From: Podarcis muralis
Taxonomy: Eukaryota
Reading direction: 5' to 3'
DNA length: 64,000 nucleotides
Assembly: GCF_964188315.1 (NCBI RefSeq)
Contig: NC_135656.1
Coordinates: 44,144,001-44,208,000 of the forward strand
Each line of letters starts with the position of its first letter. The first letter of the stretch is position 1. Both the position numbers and the translations under genes were made by a program. The notes beneath the pieces were generated by a model. It saw only the letters and a list, made by a program, of their open reading frames with translations. It made no database searches and had not been told where the DNA came from. Of this stretch, positions 12,460 to 25,371 are shown in pieces.

Positions 12460-12684
12460 CAGTGGTACCGCTAGTTATGAACTTAATTCATTCTGGAGGT
12501 CCGTTCTTAACCTGAAACTGTTCTTAACTAAAGGCGTGCTTTCACTAATGGGGCCTCTTGCAGCCACAGCGCCGCCGGTACACGATTTCCGTTCTCATCC
12601 TGGGGCAAAGTTCTCAACTCGAGGTAACTCTTCCACATTAGCGGAGTTTGTAACCTGAGGCTTTTGTAACTCAACGTACCACTG
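12460..12684. mobile_element. TcMar/Tigger-like MITE
   Basis: cagtggtacc...gtaccactg termini with TA flanks; same family as 20510 and 21088. Confidence 0.8.
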
Positions 12685-12716
12685 TATTGTGTTTGCTTCC
12701 CTGCTTTAATAGGTAT

Positions 12717-12722
12717 TTTATT
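12717..12722 (-). terminator. Probable FBXW9 polyadenylation signal AATAAA
   Basis: tttatt on + strand about 830 nt downstream of the FBXW9 stop codon. Confidence 0.5.
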
Positions 12723-12898
12723 GCATTGGGGTATTTTTAAATAGTTATTACCCAGCCAAGTCAGAAATGGAAACAAACTGAAGGCAAGAGCTGCTTCCCA
12801 TAACAACTGTATTATAATTACTACTTGCATTCTGAAAACTAGATTCTTTATCAAATCCTACAACTTTTCCTGCTGCCTTGGGATGGGGGAAACTCAGG

Positions 12899-12900
<2 letters not shown>

Positions 12901-12935
<35 letters not shown>
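12901..12935. repeat. (GT)n microsatellite in the probable FBXW9 3' UTR
   Basis: About 17 TG units. Confidence 0.95.
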
Positions 12936-12938
<3 letters not shown>

Positions 12939-13548
12939 CCGTTGACTTTTGCGCTGCTGGAATGTAGCCTGTTGTATAAAGATAAGCAGGCTTTTTAAAA
13001 AATGCTGCTTGCATGAGAAACAAAACAAGGCACCATCACTCCTGATCAGCCATCTTTAATTTAAAGTTGTAAACATGGATCAGAACTGGGTGACTAGAGG
13101 GTGATGGGAAACTCCGCCCTCCCTTGTTCCTGTAACTCTTTCCCCTCGAGCTGACATTCCTCAGGCTCGGAGCTGTGCCTCTAGGATAATATCCTTTCAC
13201 CTAAAGGGCCAGCTAGTTCTCTTCATTGACCATGCCACTCAGGGGTGCTGCTCTCCTTAAGGCTGAGTGTGGCAGTGACAGCTCAAGTGGACGAGGAGTA
13301 TGTGTACATGCGCATAAGCACAAGAGAAATGGGACTGAGCAGCTGACAGGGTTTGGACATGTAGAGGTCCACTAATTTAGGAGCATGACTCTTGGTTACA
13401 AGCTACCTGGGACAAGTAAAGGCTGAACCTCCATCCCTAACCTCACAGCTCCAAAGAGCAGACAAAACAAAAACCTAACAACTCAGTGGGCACTGGGAAC
13501 CTGGGGGCAGGTTGTCTGATACTTGGCACTTGTGTTTGCAAGTGTGGA

Positions 13549-16500
13549 TCACACACTGAGCTTCCAGACTTCTACAGAGACGCCACCAGAGGCAGCGACG
13601 GCCATGTTTCCTTCAACACTGATCTGAAAAAGAGGAGAAAGGGTGGGTGGTGGAGGAAATCTAAGTACAGTGAGCAAAAGTCACAGAAGCCAAAACACCC
13701 CGCCCCCAGCACATAACCCCACATAAGAAAGACAGCTATGGATACTTTCTCCCACAATCTCCCCTGCTCCCTTTCTCAGGTCAGGGCCAATATAAAAAGT
13801 CTGTAACTAGGTTGACGAGCACCTCCACAATCCTTACCCCATTTAGCACACAGCTGTGTGTGTGTGAACAGATGACCTTGGGCGGATCTGTGGGAACATG
13901 GATCTGGAAGAGAAATCCAAGAGGTTACGGTATAGAAGCTTAAAATCTAATGAAATGGAAAGTTGAGCTTCAGTACCACACAAACAATGGCTAAGTAGAG
14001 AAAATAGTGTATGGGACAGAGCAAATTGGTTCAGAGTCACAAGGGTGTTGTACCAAGGCAACTATTTGGTAAGAAAACCTCCAAAAGAATGACCTGTGTG
14101 ACTGAGAAAGACCAGGAGTGCACTGTGAAGCAACTGGTCTGCAATCGGGGACATGGAAACCTGGTATGAAAACAGCTTTGTGCGGGCTCTGGCCTTCCTT
14201 TATCATGGCTATGCCAAGCTATTAGTTCTCCCTCAGCTGGTGGGAGACGCCAAGGGGTTTGGCTGCTTTAGCTAGGAAGACTCCTCTTTCATGCTCTGTC
14301 TTTCAGCCTGAAAAAAGGGCAAGTTTTGCTTTGCCCCCACAGGTGAAGGATGGGATTGGGAAGCCCTGTATCCTAGGCCTGTCTGTGGTTCAGACCTGTA
14401 ACTTAAACACTACCACAATTCTTACACGCAGTGTCTTGTCAGTGGAAGTTGTGTAAAGTGCACCCAGTGAATGTTGGATTCCCGTGATCTGAGAGCGGTG
14501 ACCCACATCGAAATACTGTGGAACAAAACAAAAACAGAGTGATGCTTTGAATGAGAGACAAATGCTAGTATGCTGCTGCTGCTGCTTATTTTACAACTGG
14601 TTAGGCACTAGCAGTTCGAAAGCACCTCAAAGTGCAAGTAGATAAATAGGTACCGCTCCTGCGGGAAGGTAAATGGTGTTTCTGTGCGCTGCTCTGGTTC
14701 GCCAGAAGCAGCTTAGTCATATTGGCCACATGACCCGGAAGCTGTACACCGGCTCCCTTGGCCAGTAAAGCGAGATGAGCGCCGCAACCCCAGAGTCAGC
14801 CACGACTGGACCTAATGGTCAGGGGTCCCTTTACCTTTAGGCACTAGTGATTTATATACTATCAGCAAAACATGCTTATTTGGGTTCAGAAGTGACACTG
14901 GCAGAAGAAAAATGGCTCCAAATGGTCAAAGCTCATGAGATTTCTAAGGTGAATCCCAGCAGTGTTATAAATATCTCTACAATCTACTGTAAAGCAACAC
15001 CTTATGCTAGGCTATGCTTTGCAAAGCACAAGTAATTTCGTGGGTGGAGATTAGAGAAGTACCATATTTCTCCGCGATTCAACTTCTCAGCGTACCCGGA
15101 TGTGCTGGAAACACCCTCCTTTGTTTTCAAAGACATACAGCTGCCCATTGTTGTCTCCAGCCCATAGCTGAGCACCATGGTATGACATGGTGAGGAGGTA
15201 AGAGTCCAGCTAGGGAAAGAATGGAACTAATGTCACTGGCATTAATCAAGGTATTGTACTAAAGTAAAGCAGATAGCTCAACTAAGTGAAATAGATTGTG
15301 TATGCTAAAGTAGAAAACAAAAAGGTGCCCCAAGTTACTTGCCAAGTTAAAATATGGGGCGAAATTCTTGAACCTAAATAAGGAAAATTAGCAGAACTGA
15401 GGCTAGGTTCAAACATAGTGCAAAACTATGGTTTGTGCTAACCATGAGCTTCCACATGAACAAGCAAACCATGGTTTAGAGCTGCTTTTCTGCCTTTAGT
15501 TTCCCATCTGGCTCAGCACTAAGCTTCAAAAGTTCACCCTTGAATATTCGCTTGAGGTAGAGCTACTCCCATTTTCATGGTACAGCAGCCTCATCAGGCA
15601 AAACAATGACCCCGACAAACCACTCTGTGAATTCAGTCAGCACAGAGCTTCTGTCTGTGCTTTCAAAGCCTGGTTTGCCAGTCCCAAACAAACTGGGAGC
15701 AAGCTCATAATGCGAAACCATGGCTCAGCTAAAGCAACTGTGGTTTCATGTAATGCCTGAATGCAGCCTGACTGTAAAGCAAAAACCGCCCTCTGGAATG
15801 TCTCCCACATGGCCTTGCCGTATAAACTTAGGAGAGTAAAGGTCAGGCAAGAGCAATGCCAAGTTAAAGAATACTTGGGCGAGGCCAGATCAAGGTCCCA
15901 CTAAACTCAAGTCCCTCAACTTGGAATGTGTAGCTTCCTGAGCCATATAGCCTCTGAGTTTTATTGAGCACAAGAACATACCTAATCTGAACACAAGTAA
16001 AAGCCTGGGATTTGGTTTGTAGTCCCAGACCTTCAACTAATACAGAAATAACTAGCACTCAAGCTCACAGGATTAAGGATTCTCCTGACAAACTCTGGAG
16101 AGAACACCCACAGATCCTGGTTTTCTAAGTTGCTTTCTAAGGAATTCTTGGCCATCCTCAGCACAAAAAGGGGAGTCAAAGTCTGTAGCTCACCTGTAGC
16201 CTCTGGAGGACACTGTTGGCCCTCCTGTCAAAACACACCAGTGTTCGGTCCTCACTGCCAGAGAGAATGAAGCGCTCATCAGCTGCAAGTGATAGGACTG
16301 CACTGGAATGAAGCTTGCGGCTCTTCACTGGGGCCAGTGCAGCTGTGAGAGAGGACCAAGAGATGCCTTAACAGAGCCCAGGCACTTACCTAAGTTCTCA
16401 CAAAAGAAATGCCTCATTCAGCAAGCACCTCACAGATATTCTCTCTCCCTTGTAGGCCATAGTCTTCCAGCTGAAGTCATGTTCATTGGGCAATAACTAA

Positions 16501-19500
16501 CTAGCAGAGCTTCTGGGTGCTCTCTAGCCAGCTCTTCCCTACTCCTGGCAAATATTGGGGCAGGAGGCTAAGTTAACCATTGCAGTGATTAGATGTAGAA
16601 CAGCAGCAAGGATTTCCTTTAAGCAGGTCATATTTTTCTAGCCTAAGCAAGTAGTGTTAAAAAACACGATTTCATTGCACAGAGTTTTCTAGATAAGATG
16701 GCTGCCAGAAGCAGCTACGTGCTAGCCACTTATGTGAACTGAATGGAGGTATCTGGCTGGGTTTCCTGGCTGCCTGCCCCAGCCCTTCTCCTTCCCTCAG
16801 AGGAGATAGCAAACTTATCTAAACGCCTGCCACCCCATAGGCACTGACTGCTTGCAAGTGAGCATGGCAGTTGCAGCTCAAAGCACCAGTACCCACAGGA
16901 AACAAGTGACACTAACCTCGAGGGTCATACACTGACACCTTCTTGTCATAGGTTCCCGTGACTAGAATGTCAGGCAGATATGAAAGGCACAGCACAGCTG
17001 CTTTTCCTCTAGAAAAAGACATAAAGGGAAGAATCAGGTGAAGGGCCAGAGCACACACTTCAAATAATACATGAAAGTCAGTCAACCTCTGCTCAGCCTT
17101 AGACCTAGACCAATAGGATTTAGAAGTGGGATTTGCTAGTTCTCGTTTTGCTGCCTTCTGTGCCGTCCTGTAGGATGAAGCAACCATCCTCTTAATGCCT
17201 GCCACACATTAGCTGAGACTTCTGCCTCCCCTGACCTCACAAATCTGAAGAACTAATTCTTTCCTATATGCAACACACAACTTTCCCCCTGTTTGCTCTT
17301 TCTGAATCTCTTCATCTGGCTTTTTAGTGAGCTCTTGGGCTATAATGAATAAACAACAACAACAAAATCAGTGAAGGTCTAGAGTACCCAGTGCTGTCAC
17401 CAACACCTTAAATCCTTTACTACAGGGGCAAAGTGTTCCTGCATGATTCCACTTTTTTGCTCATCTGATTTACAGGCAAGTTTTCGTACCCCACACCCTT
17501 GCCTCTAATCCTCCTTAGCAACACTCTGTTCTGCCTAAACAGCACAAGGCCTTCAGCCAAGCTAAACCTCTCATGCATCAGCATTGCTAAATAATGCCCC
17601 CACAGATTCAACACAGAACACTGCGATGAGGCATCATACTCAGCTGAACATGTAGCAAAACTCTAGGTTCTGCCACTCCCAAGTGCTACGCCATTCACAG
17701 GGGAGAGCACAGAGGCAACCTTACTTGATTTCTCCACACTGTTGTCCATTAGCAGCTATGTCCCACAGCTTCACTGTGCTGTCCCAGGAGCCAGAGCACA
17801 CACGGTCATCTCTTGCAGCCAGTGACCAAACCCATCCCTATGCAGTGCAAAGAAAAAGCAAGAGCCATTGCTGCGCTTCAGTCCTTTGTTTAGTAACACT
17901 GTGGTTATCATTCTGGTGACATGTAAAGAACATGTGATCTTGCCCTACTGCAGAGGATAGCCCAAGAAGGTATGGACAGACCCAAATAATTAACTCTCTC
18001 CAGAAGATGAAAAAGGAATAGTTCATATTTCTACTATCCTCTTGAACTGGTGAATGCAGCAAAGCAGACTAGCATGGATAGGGGACAATTGTAGGATTTC
18101 CCTTTTCAAAAGACAGACATTTCTAATACAACTCTGCTTGGGTGTGTGAAACTGGGTTTTGCTAAGTCAGGAAACAGCAGTTCAGAATGGAGCAACTGGT
18201 CCAGCTCTGCATTACAGAATCTTTGAGTGTGGAATACACTGAACAGAAGTGCCTCAATATATTCTCCCTTTCATAAAGGCTTGCTGCTCTCTAATCAGAA
18301 GGGACAGGGAAGAAGTGCAGCCTTCAGATATCATCTCCTTCCTGCACAGGATAGGCCAGTTTTCCTCCAGGATAGACAACAACTATCCAGCCCCCTTCCC
18401 TCTCATAACAACTATTTACTGTGTGGCCAGATGCAAAAGGGTGTTGGCCATTTGGAGAGGCAACTTAAAACTTTTTACACTTCTAACAGACGACCAGTCT
18501 ATTGTAGACTAACATGCTGTGTTTTCTGAAGGGACAGGAAAGGTAAAAGAATGCTGGGACAATTAGTAGTGTAAAGGAGGGGGTGTTGATATTAAGAAGA
18601 GTGAGAACAACGGGAAGCAGTTATACGGTGGGAGAACTGCCACTCACTGCAAGGCAGTGCCAGGTAAGAAACAGATTGATCTGGGAGAACTGGCCTTGAA
18701 TCTTTCAGAGGGGGGTGTATGTGTGGAAATTTTGAGCTGATATGCTATTTCTGCTACTCATTAATCTTCTGTGTATTTAAGTGTTCTAGACGTTAGCAAC
18801 AGTAGTGCTTCTGGATTAAACATTTACAGGATAGGATAATTATAGAATTAAAGTACTACCACTACATGACCTAGGGGCCATAGACTCCAGACTCTGGTTA
18901 CCTTGTGTGTGCCATTGCGCTCTGTCCCCAGTGCCTTCACCAGCACTTTTTCTGGTGCTTTGCCTAGCTCTCTCAGGTCCCACAAATTGACATTTCGGTC
19001 CCGAGAACCTGAGACACAGAGCTTCCCACCCTGGATACAATGAAAAACAACTGATTACTGTAAAAGCTGAGCCACTGTCCCTCCTTCTTAAGATACTTCA
19101 ACAAACAATATACAGGGTAGTGATACACCGGCACGTTGCAAAGTCATACAAAAATGTATCACCAAAGCAACTATTCCAGAGTAAGGAGTGTGAACAAGCA
19201 AACAAATAAATCACAGAAGTAGTCTTTTTCTTTCAGTCAATCGTGTATTAGTAGAAGCAACATCAACTCGTAAATCAACTTAAAGACGCTGTTCCAGTAC
19301 AACCAGTGTTTCTTCCCATAAGAGGCTTAATCATCGAGCTGTATAATGTAGTCTAGACAATATACAATCAATAGTTTAGACAAATCTGTCCCTGTGTGCA
19401 TTTATTCCATAAGAAGAACAGAAAGAGGCTATGTAGCCTTCTATTTGCTGGCCTTCCTTCTTGAGAGGCAGGCACTAAAAAAAACCAAAAAACCACCTCT

Positions 19501-22149
19501 GCATGAAGGATATGCACAAGGACTTCCACATCAGGGCTTCTCCCTTCACCCCACACATCCACTGAAATTGGCTCAGGGATGGCGGGGCCGGAGAACCCCC
19601 AGAACAGCGCATGGAGGGAGGAGACCAGGACAATTCTTCCTACCCTCCATTCATGGAAGCCTCGGCTGGATCACATACCTTCCCTATGTGGAAGAACACA
19701 ACTGGACACAACCCACTGACTGTATAATTATTTTCAAACTGAACACTGTAATCATAAATGTTAACTTGAAAAAAAAAGTAGATTAGGTGCATGCCATTGC
19801 TGGTACTCCACTCAGCATACCGGACCATGAATCCTCCCAGCTAAAATATTCTGGGTTGTAACCAACAAAGTTATTGCATGAGCAGTGGAACAACTTCTCT
19901 CTCCTTCTCCTCTAGCTCTGGGGGTCTCCCAACCCTCCAAAGCAGATTTAGGGGTGCGCACTGGGGGAGGATGCAAAGTTTTGTTGAGTGAGCTGAAATT
20001 GTTCCGCTCATGCCATGTCCACTGTCAGTCTTAGAGGTTTAAATCCAGAGTCAGCCCTCTCTTCTAAGGAATGGAATGCAATGTGTAAGAAATGGAACTT
20101 CTGCTGACAATTTAGATGAATGAATTTTGTAAGACTGATTTCTCAGATGAGTAATCACAGAGAGGTTATGACAAAATAATATTTCAGAACACACTCCTAA
20201 CTTCATGACTGCTTGTTCACAGACTCTATCAATCCTTAATATTGTACAAATAAAAGCGGCACAGAAAATGTGACTTTTACCTGGAGCAACAGCACAGAGT
20301 CAACTGATGCAAAGTGTCCCTCAGCAAGGGAAAAGTGCTCTGTGTTCCTGCCATTTTCTGCCCATTGTTGGAGGTGCTCCTCTAGTTCAATGCAGGCAGC
20401 TGGCCAGTTAAAGGCATCATCTGCTGAGACGTGAAAAAGGCATAAAGAGATGCTATTCTTCCTTTGGGCTTTGCAGAACAAACTCAGGCAAGGTAAGCAA
20501 ATGTATATACAGTGGTACCTTGGGTTACAGACGCTTCAGGTTACAGACACTTCAGGTTACAGACTGCGTTAACCCAGAAATAATACCTTGGGTTAAGAAC
20601 TTTGCTTCAGGATACGAACAGAAATTGCGCTGCAGTGGCGCAGCAGCAGTGGGAGGCCCCATTAGCTAAAGTGGTGCTTCAGGTTAAGAACAGTTTCACG
20701 TTAAGAATGGACCTCCGGAACGAATTAAGTTCTTAACCCGAGGTACCACTGTACTGTATCTTATTTACAACATTATCCATTGCTTTTCCATACAAGTGTC
20801 CTCAAAGAGAGAAAACAGTAGTTATATAACCATAAAAGTGGGTTTTATCAATTCGGAAAACTTTGGAGACTGAAAGGACATTATCTTTAATTGCAGAACC
20901 AGCACTCAGCACTATCAGTTTGGTGTCAACATTACACCCAATTCTGGGCTCAACTGTAACTCTCTAAAAATTAAAGGCAGGTTTTCAATTTGAAACAAAA
21001 GAGGCATGGAATCTAAGAGCAAGAATGGGCAGGAAGACACTTCACCACAAATGTTTATAGAAAAATGTTTAAAAACCCACAGGAATACAGTGGTACCTCG
21101 GGTTAAGAACTTAATTCTGGAGGTCCGTTCTTAACCTGAAACTGTTCTTAACCTGAGGTACCACTTTAGGTAATGGGGCCTCCCGCCACCACCGTGCAAT
21201 TTCTGTTCTCATCCTGAAGTAAAGTTCTTAATCTGAGGTACTATTTCTGGGTTAGTGGAGTCTGTAACCGGAAGCACCTGTAACCGGAATCGTCTGTAAC
21301 CCGAGGTACCACTGTACTAACTTCCATCCATTTCAGCCTCCCTATCTGAAATAACAGTGATTTCAGTTGCCAGTCGCCCTGGAACAGCAGAGTTGAAGGG
21401 CAGCATATTCTGGATTCTGCTAGTGGACACAGCCAGTGAGACCAACAGACCCCACCCACTGTCCAAAGAAGGAGCAGCTGCAAGGAGTTTACTCCCTGCC
21501 ATAAAAAAACCCCCGTAAGAACTTTGGCATCTAAGAACACATGAGTTCGCTTTATTCCTCCTCCATGCCCAATCCCATTTCTTTTTGTGCTGTGTCTTTT
21601 AGAACGCAGGTCTGAGAACAGTGATTATCTTATTATTGACAAAGCTGATCTGGAAAGGTTAGTTCATACTTGAGTTAACAAGAGAATAAAACATGGTAGG
21701 CAGAAAGGGAACCCACCTTCCACAACTGGATAGCTGCTGCCGATCCTCTTCAGCAGACGAATTCTCCAAGTGACTTCATCCTGCAGAATGTCCCTCAGTG
21801 TCTTGCAGACCAAAGGAAGGACACCCAGGACAAATCTGGGCTGCAGGTAGGAACAGATCTCCAAGATCAGCTCCAGAGGAAGAGATAACAGCCCTGAAGC
21901 TGTATCATCACTAACAGGAGACTTTTTCAGTTCCAGAGGAGGAGACCTGTGATCTGATACTTGGGCCTTATCACTTACTGAGAGAGATGTGGGAGGAAGG
22001 CACTGGGATGCCTGACTAGACTGGCTTGAAGATCCAAGAACACGTTCAATGTATTCCTGGGCCTGGGTATCTGGATCCGCTTTGCTCTCTGTGTCAGAAT
22101 CATTATCAGAGTCTTGGTGTTCAGTAGAAGAATCAGGAGGAGCATCCAT
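13549..22149 (-). CDS. FBXW9: F-box/WD repeat protein 9, 467 aa; complement join(21717-22149,20281-20423,18902-19030,17725-17837,16917-17008,16194-16342,15096-15209,14426-14515,13838-13903,13549-13623)
   Basis: 1404 nt spliced ORF, GT-AG with consistent phases. F-box [16 protein letters not shown]; [14 protein letters not shown]; [19 protein letters not shown]; [14 protein letters not shown]; [21 protein letters not shown]; ends VEVWKLSV*. Matches recalled human FBXW9. Confidence 0.95.
14612..14838 (+). mobile_element. Sauria SINE, 5'-truncated (second subfamily)
   Basis: 3' end gacctaatggtcaggggtccctttaccttt; 11-bp TSD ttaggcactag at 14601-14611 and 14837-14847. Confidence 0.85.
20510..20751. 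mobile_element. TcMar/Tigger-like MITE
   Basis: TIRs cagtggtacct / aggtaccactg with TA TSD. Confidence 0.85.
21088..21314. mobile_element. TcMar/Tigger-like MITE (inverted relative to 20510)
   Basis: TIRs cagtggtacctcgggtta / taacccgaggtaccactg with TA TSD. Confidence 0.85.
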
Positions 22150-22210
22150 ACCTGGATCAAGAACAAAAAGTGAGAGCTATGGTAAAATGTAAATCTATAA
22201 TCATATACTA

Positions 22211-22461
22211 CAGTTGTACCTCAGAAGTCGAATAGAAACTGTTCCAGAAGTCCATTTGACTTCCAAAATGTTTGAAAACCAAATCGCAGCTTCTGATTGG
22301 CTGCACAAAGCTCTTGCAGCCAATCAGAAGCTGCGGAAGCACCATCAGATGTTCGGGTTCCAAAGAAACGTTTGCAAACCAGAACAATCACTTCCAGGTT
22401 TGCAGTGTTCGGGAGTCAAAACGTCCGAGTTCCAGGGCTTTTGGGATCCAAGGTATGACTG
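22211..22461. mobile_element. TcMar/Tigger-like MITE
   Basis: cagttgtacct ... aggtatgactg termini with TA flanks. Confidence 0.65.
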
Positions 22462-22644
22462 TATTTTACTACTATCACTATAATTTTTCAGTAAGGGTAC
22501 AACTATTTTTAATGGACAACAGATGTTCTATGAAGTATAAGCAAAAAATATATTTTTACATGAGGTCTGTGCTTTTATCCACAAAACCATAGGTGTAACT
22601 TCTTAAAAAACAACAACTAAATGGACAACTGGAAGAATAAGATC

Positions 22645-22843
22645 TTATTTTATTAGTACATTTAATCCAATGAGCTCAAGTTGGCTCTCCAGCTCCCCAT
22701 TTTATCCTCACAACAACCCTGTGAGGAAGGCTATGCTTTGAGACAATGGCTGGTCCAAAGTTCCCAGTGAGCTTCATGGCAGAGTTGGGATTTTAAACTT
22801 GGACTCCAAGGTCCTAGTCCAATACACTGACCACTACACCACA
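22645..22843 (-). mobile_element. Old MIR/CORE-like SINE fragment
   Basis: atcctcacaacaaccctgtgagg ... ccactacaccac resembles the reverse complement of MIR/L2-tailed SINEs. Confidence 0.55.
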
Positions 22844-23469
22844 TCTATGCTTAGTGGTTCTCAAAGGTGTGGCAGGAGACGACGGCAAGTGTGGCAGAAA
22901 GATTCAAGGACTATCAAAGAAACATTTTAAAATTTCAGTGTAGTGTAGTATATACGGATATACAATCAGAAACAGTATCTATGCCTCTCTTCAAGAGCAT
23001 TGGCTATTTTTCTGCAGTTCTCCACGACAAATTGAAGTGAACAGGGATTTTCAACTCTGACAAATTTGAAAGATCAGAAAAGAGAAAGGTTTCTTTGTGT
23101 TGATGAGATGTGTTTGTTTCAAATTAGACCTAATATAAATGAGATTACCCAGCAAACACAAACTCACGCCCCTCTCATTGAGGTATATACTTTGTGAATC
23201 GCCCTGAGATCTATGGATGAAGGATGGCATTATAAAATATGCAAGAGGCTCGTTTACAATTATATTTTGGGAATGATTCATGTTCTTACGTAGCTGTATT
23301 GTTTTATACAGCAGAACCTGCATGTGGATAAGGAAATTGGGGGCAGAGCACACTATCGCCCCTTTTTCGCACTGACAGGTCGGAAAGGAGCCATGTTCTC
23401 TTTCCTAAGTAATAGAGATGATAAGCAAGTGGAGGAGGAATTATTATTTCCGCTTCCCAATCCAAGAAT

Positions 23470-24080
23470 CATCCTGCAGAAGTCCGGGAGGCAAAGCAAG
23501 AGGACGTTGCAGGCAGGTGCAAAGAGAAATGCCAAATCCAACTCGCAGGTAATCCCATAAGCAGCGCAGGAGTCACACCCGCCCCGGAAGCCATGGAAAA
23601 GGCTGGCGGAGACCGACGCCCGCCCGCCCTCCTTCCACCCCGCGGTGCTTTCCTGCCTCCTTTCTGCCCCATGGCCCCCTCTCACCCGTGGGCCGAGCTG
23701 CCTCGACCTTTCTCCCAAAGCGGAGCGGCGAGTATCATGGAGTCAGGGCAGCCTCTCCAGGATCCTGACAGGGCTGAGCCGCCGCCTTCTCGCGTCTCGT
23801 CTCCAAGGAGAAAACACTTCCGGCGCGGCGTAGTGACGTCAGAAGCCCGGCTCTCTGCCGAGTCCGACCATTTCAGGCCAGGCGGCTCCGCGCTGCCTTC
23901 GGGACCACTGCGGCGTGTTGGAGTCAGGGGCCGCGGAGCAACCCAGGGCTGCTAAAGCGGCGTTTTCGCGCAGCGGCAGCTGCCTCCTGTCAACGGGATC
24001 AGGTCGAGGCCGCTTAGGCGTGTCAAAGGAAGGCCTGGCTTCCCTCTTAGTAGGCACGTAAGAGCACAGGATCGCCATTT
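23470..24080. promoter_or_regulatory. CpG island / FBXW9 promoter and probable non-coding first exon (donor at 23685)
   Basis: CpG-dense; perfect CRE TGACGTCA at 23834-23841; ETS-like cttccgg near 23818; minus-strand donor cgg|gtgaga; acceptor ttgatccag|GTATG at 22152. Confidence 0.7.
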
Positions 24081-24825
24081 CAGTATTGTCCGAGTAGTTA
24101 TAGTACTATCTTGTAAGCTTAGTTTATTCCTTTGCCGTAACTGGCCGCGATTTGCTAATGGTTAGTAAGACAAACATGGACAGCTCAAAAGACAAGATTA
24201 AGAACATGTCTTCAGACTAGGTTTTAAATAATATAAGGCAACTGCAGCCATTCATAAAGTTTTGAAATAGTTGTTTTCATCATAGAACTGTAGAGTTGGA
24301 AGGGACCACGAGGGTAAGAGTCCAATCCTCTGCAATGCAGGAATCTCTTGCCCAACGTGGGGCAATGTATTTTTAAACTACAAACTGACATGCGTTTGAG
24401 TGACATGTTCTAATTAGCAAATTTTAGTATGAGCCAATAGGGACGTTTGCAATCAATGAGTGTACAGTACATGTGCACACTAGTTGAGCTGGACAAAGGA
24501 ACAAATGTGCACTCTTCCGCATACAGCTTGCACCAGTGTTCAGTGCAATGTGTGAACATGCCCAATATGCTGGTGTCAGATCTTTTGAACTAAGAAAATG
24601 GGAACTGGATAATGTACACACAGTACTTCACACTGGTAAATAAAAATGTAACGGAGCTTATGTCAAGAGAACTTCCCAAAAGCCCTTAAGCATCAAGGTC
24701 TAATTTTCTGAACATGTTATTCACCAGTGAGGAAGAACTTGTTCAGAAAAGTGAATTACTACTGTTAGCCATACTAATAACTCAATAGTAGTATATTAAT
24801 TAACAACACAAGCTTTTTAATGATA

Positions 24826-24976
24826 GGTAAAGGGACCCCTGACAGTTAAGTCGAGTCGCAAATGACTCGGGTTGTGGCGCTCATCTCGCTTTACAGGCTG
24901 AAGGAGCCGGTGTTTGTCCGCTTCGCAGTTTTTCCGGGTCATGTGGCCGGCATGACTAAGGTGCTTCTGGCGCACC
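24826..24976 (-). mobile_element. Sauria SINE 3' fragment
   Basis: aggtaaagggacccctgac... is the reverse complement of the SINE tail. Confidence 0.7.
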
Positions 24977-25013
24977 CATGTCCCTTTTTTAATGACAGTT
25001 ACTGTATATTTTA

Positions 25014-25371
25014 GGGACACAGGTGGCGCTGTGGGTAAAAGCCTCAGCGCCTAGGGCTTGCCGATCGAAAGGTCGGCGGTTCGAATCCCTGCGGCGGGGT
25101 GCGCTCCCGTCGTTCAGTCCCAGCGCCTGCCAACCTAGCAGTTCGAAAGCACCCCCAGGTGCAAGTAGATAAATAGGGACCGCTTACAAGCGGGAAGGTA
25201 AACGGCGTTTCCGTGTGCGGCTCTGGCTCGCCAGAGCAGCGATGTCATGCTGGCCACATGACCCGGAAGTGTCTCCAGACAGCGCTGGCCCCCGGCCTCT
25301 TGAGTGAGATGGGCGCACAACCCTAGAGTCTGTCAAGACTGGCCCGTAGGGGCAGGGGTACCTTTACCTTT
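25014..25371 (+). mobile_element. Full-length Sauria SINE
   Basis: gggacacaggtggcgctgtggg ... ggggtacctttacctt; TSD ttactgtatattt(t)ag on both sides. Confidence 0.9.
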
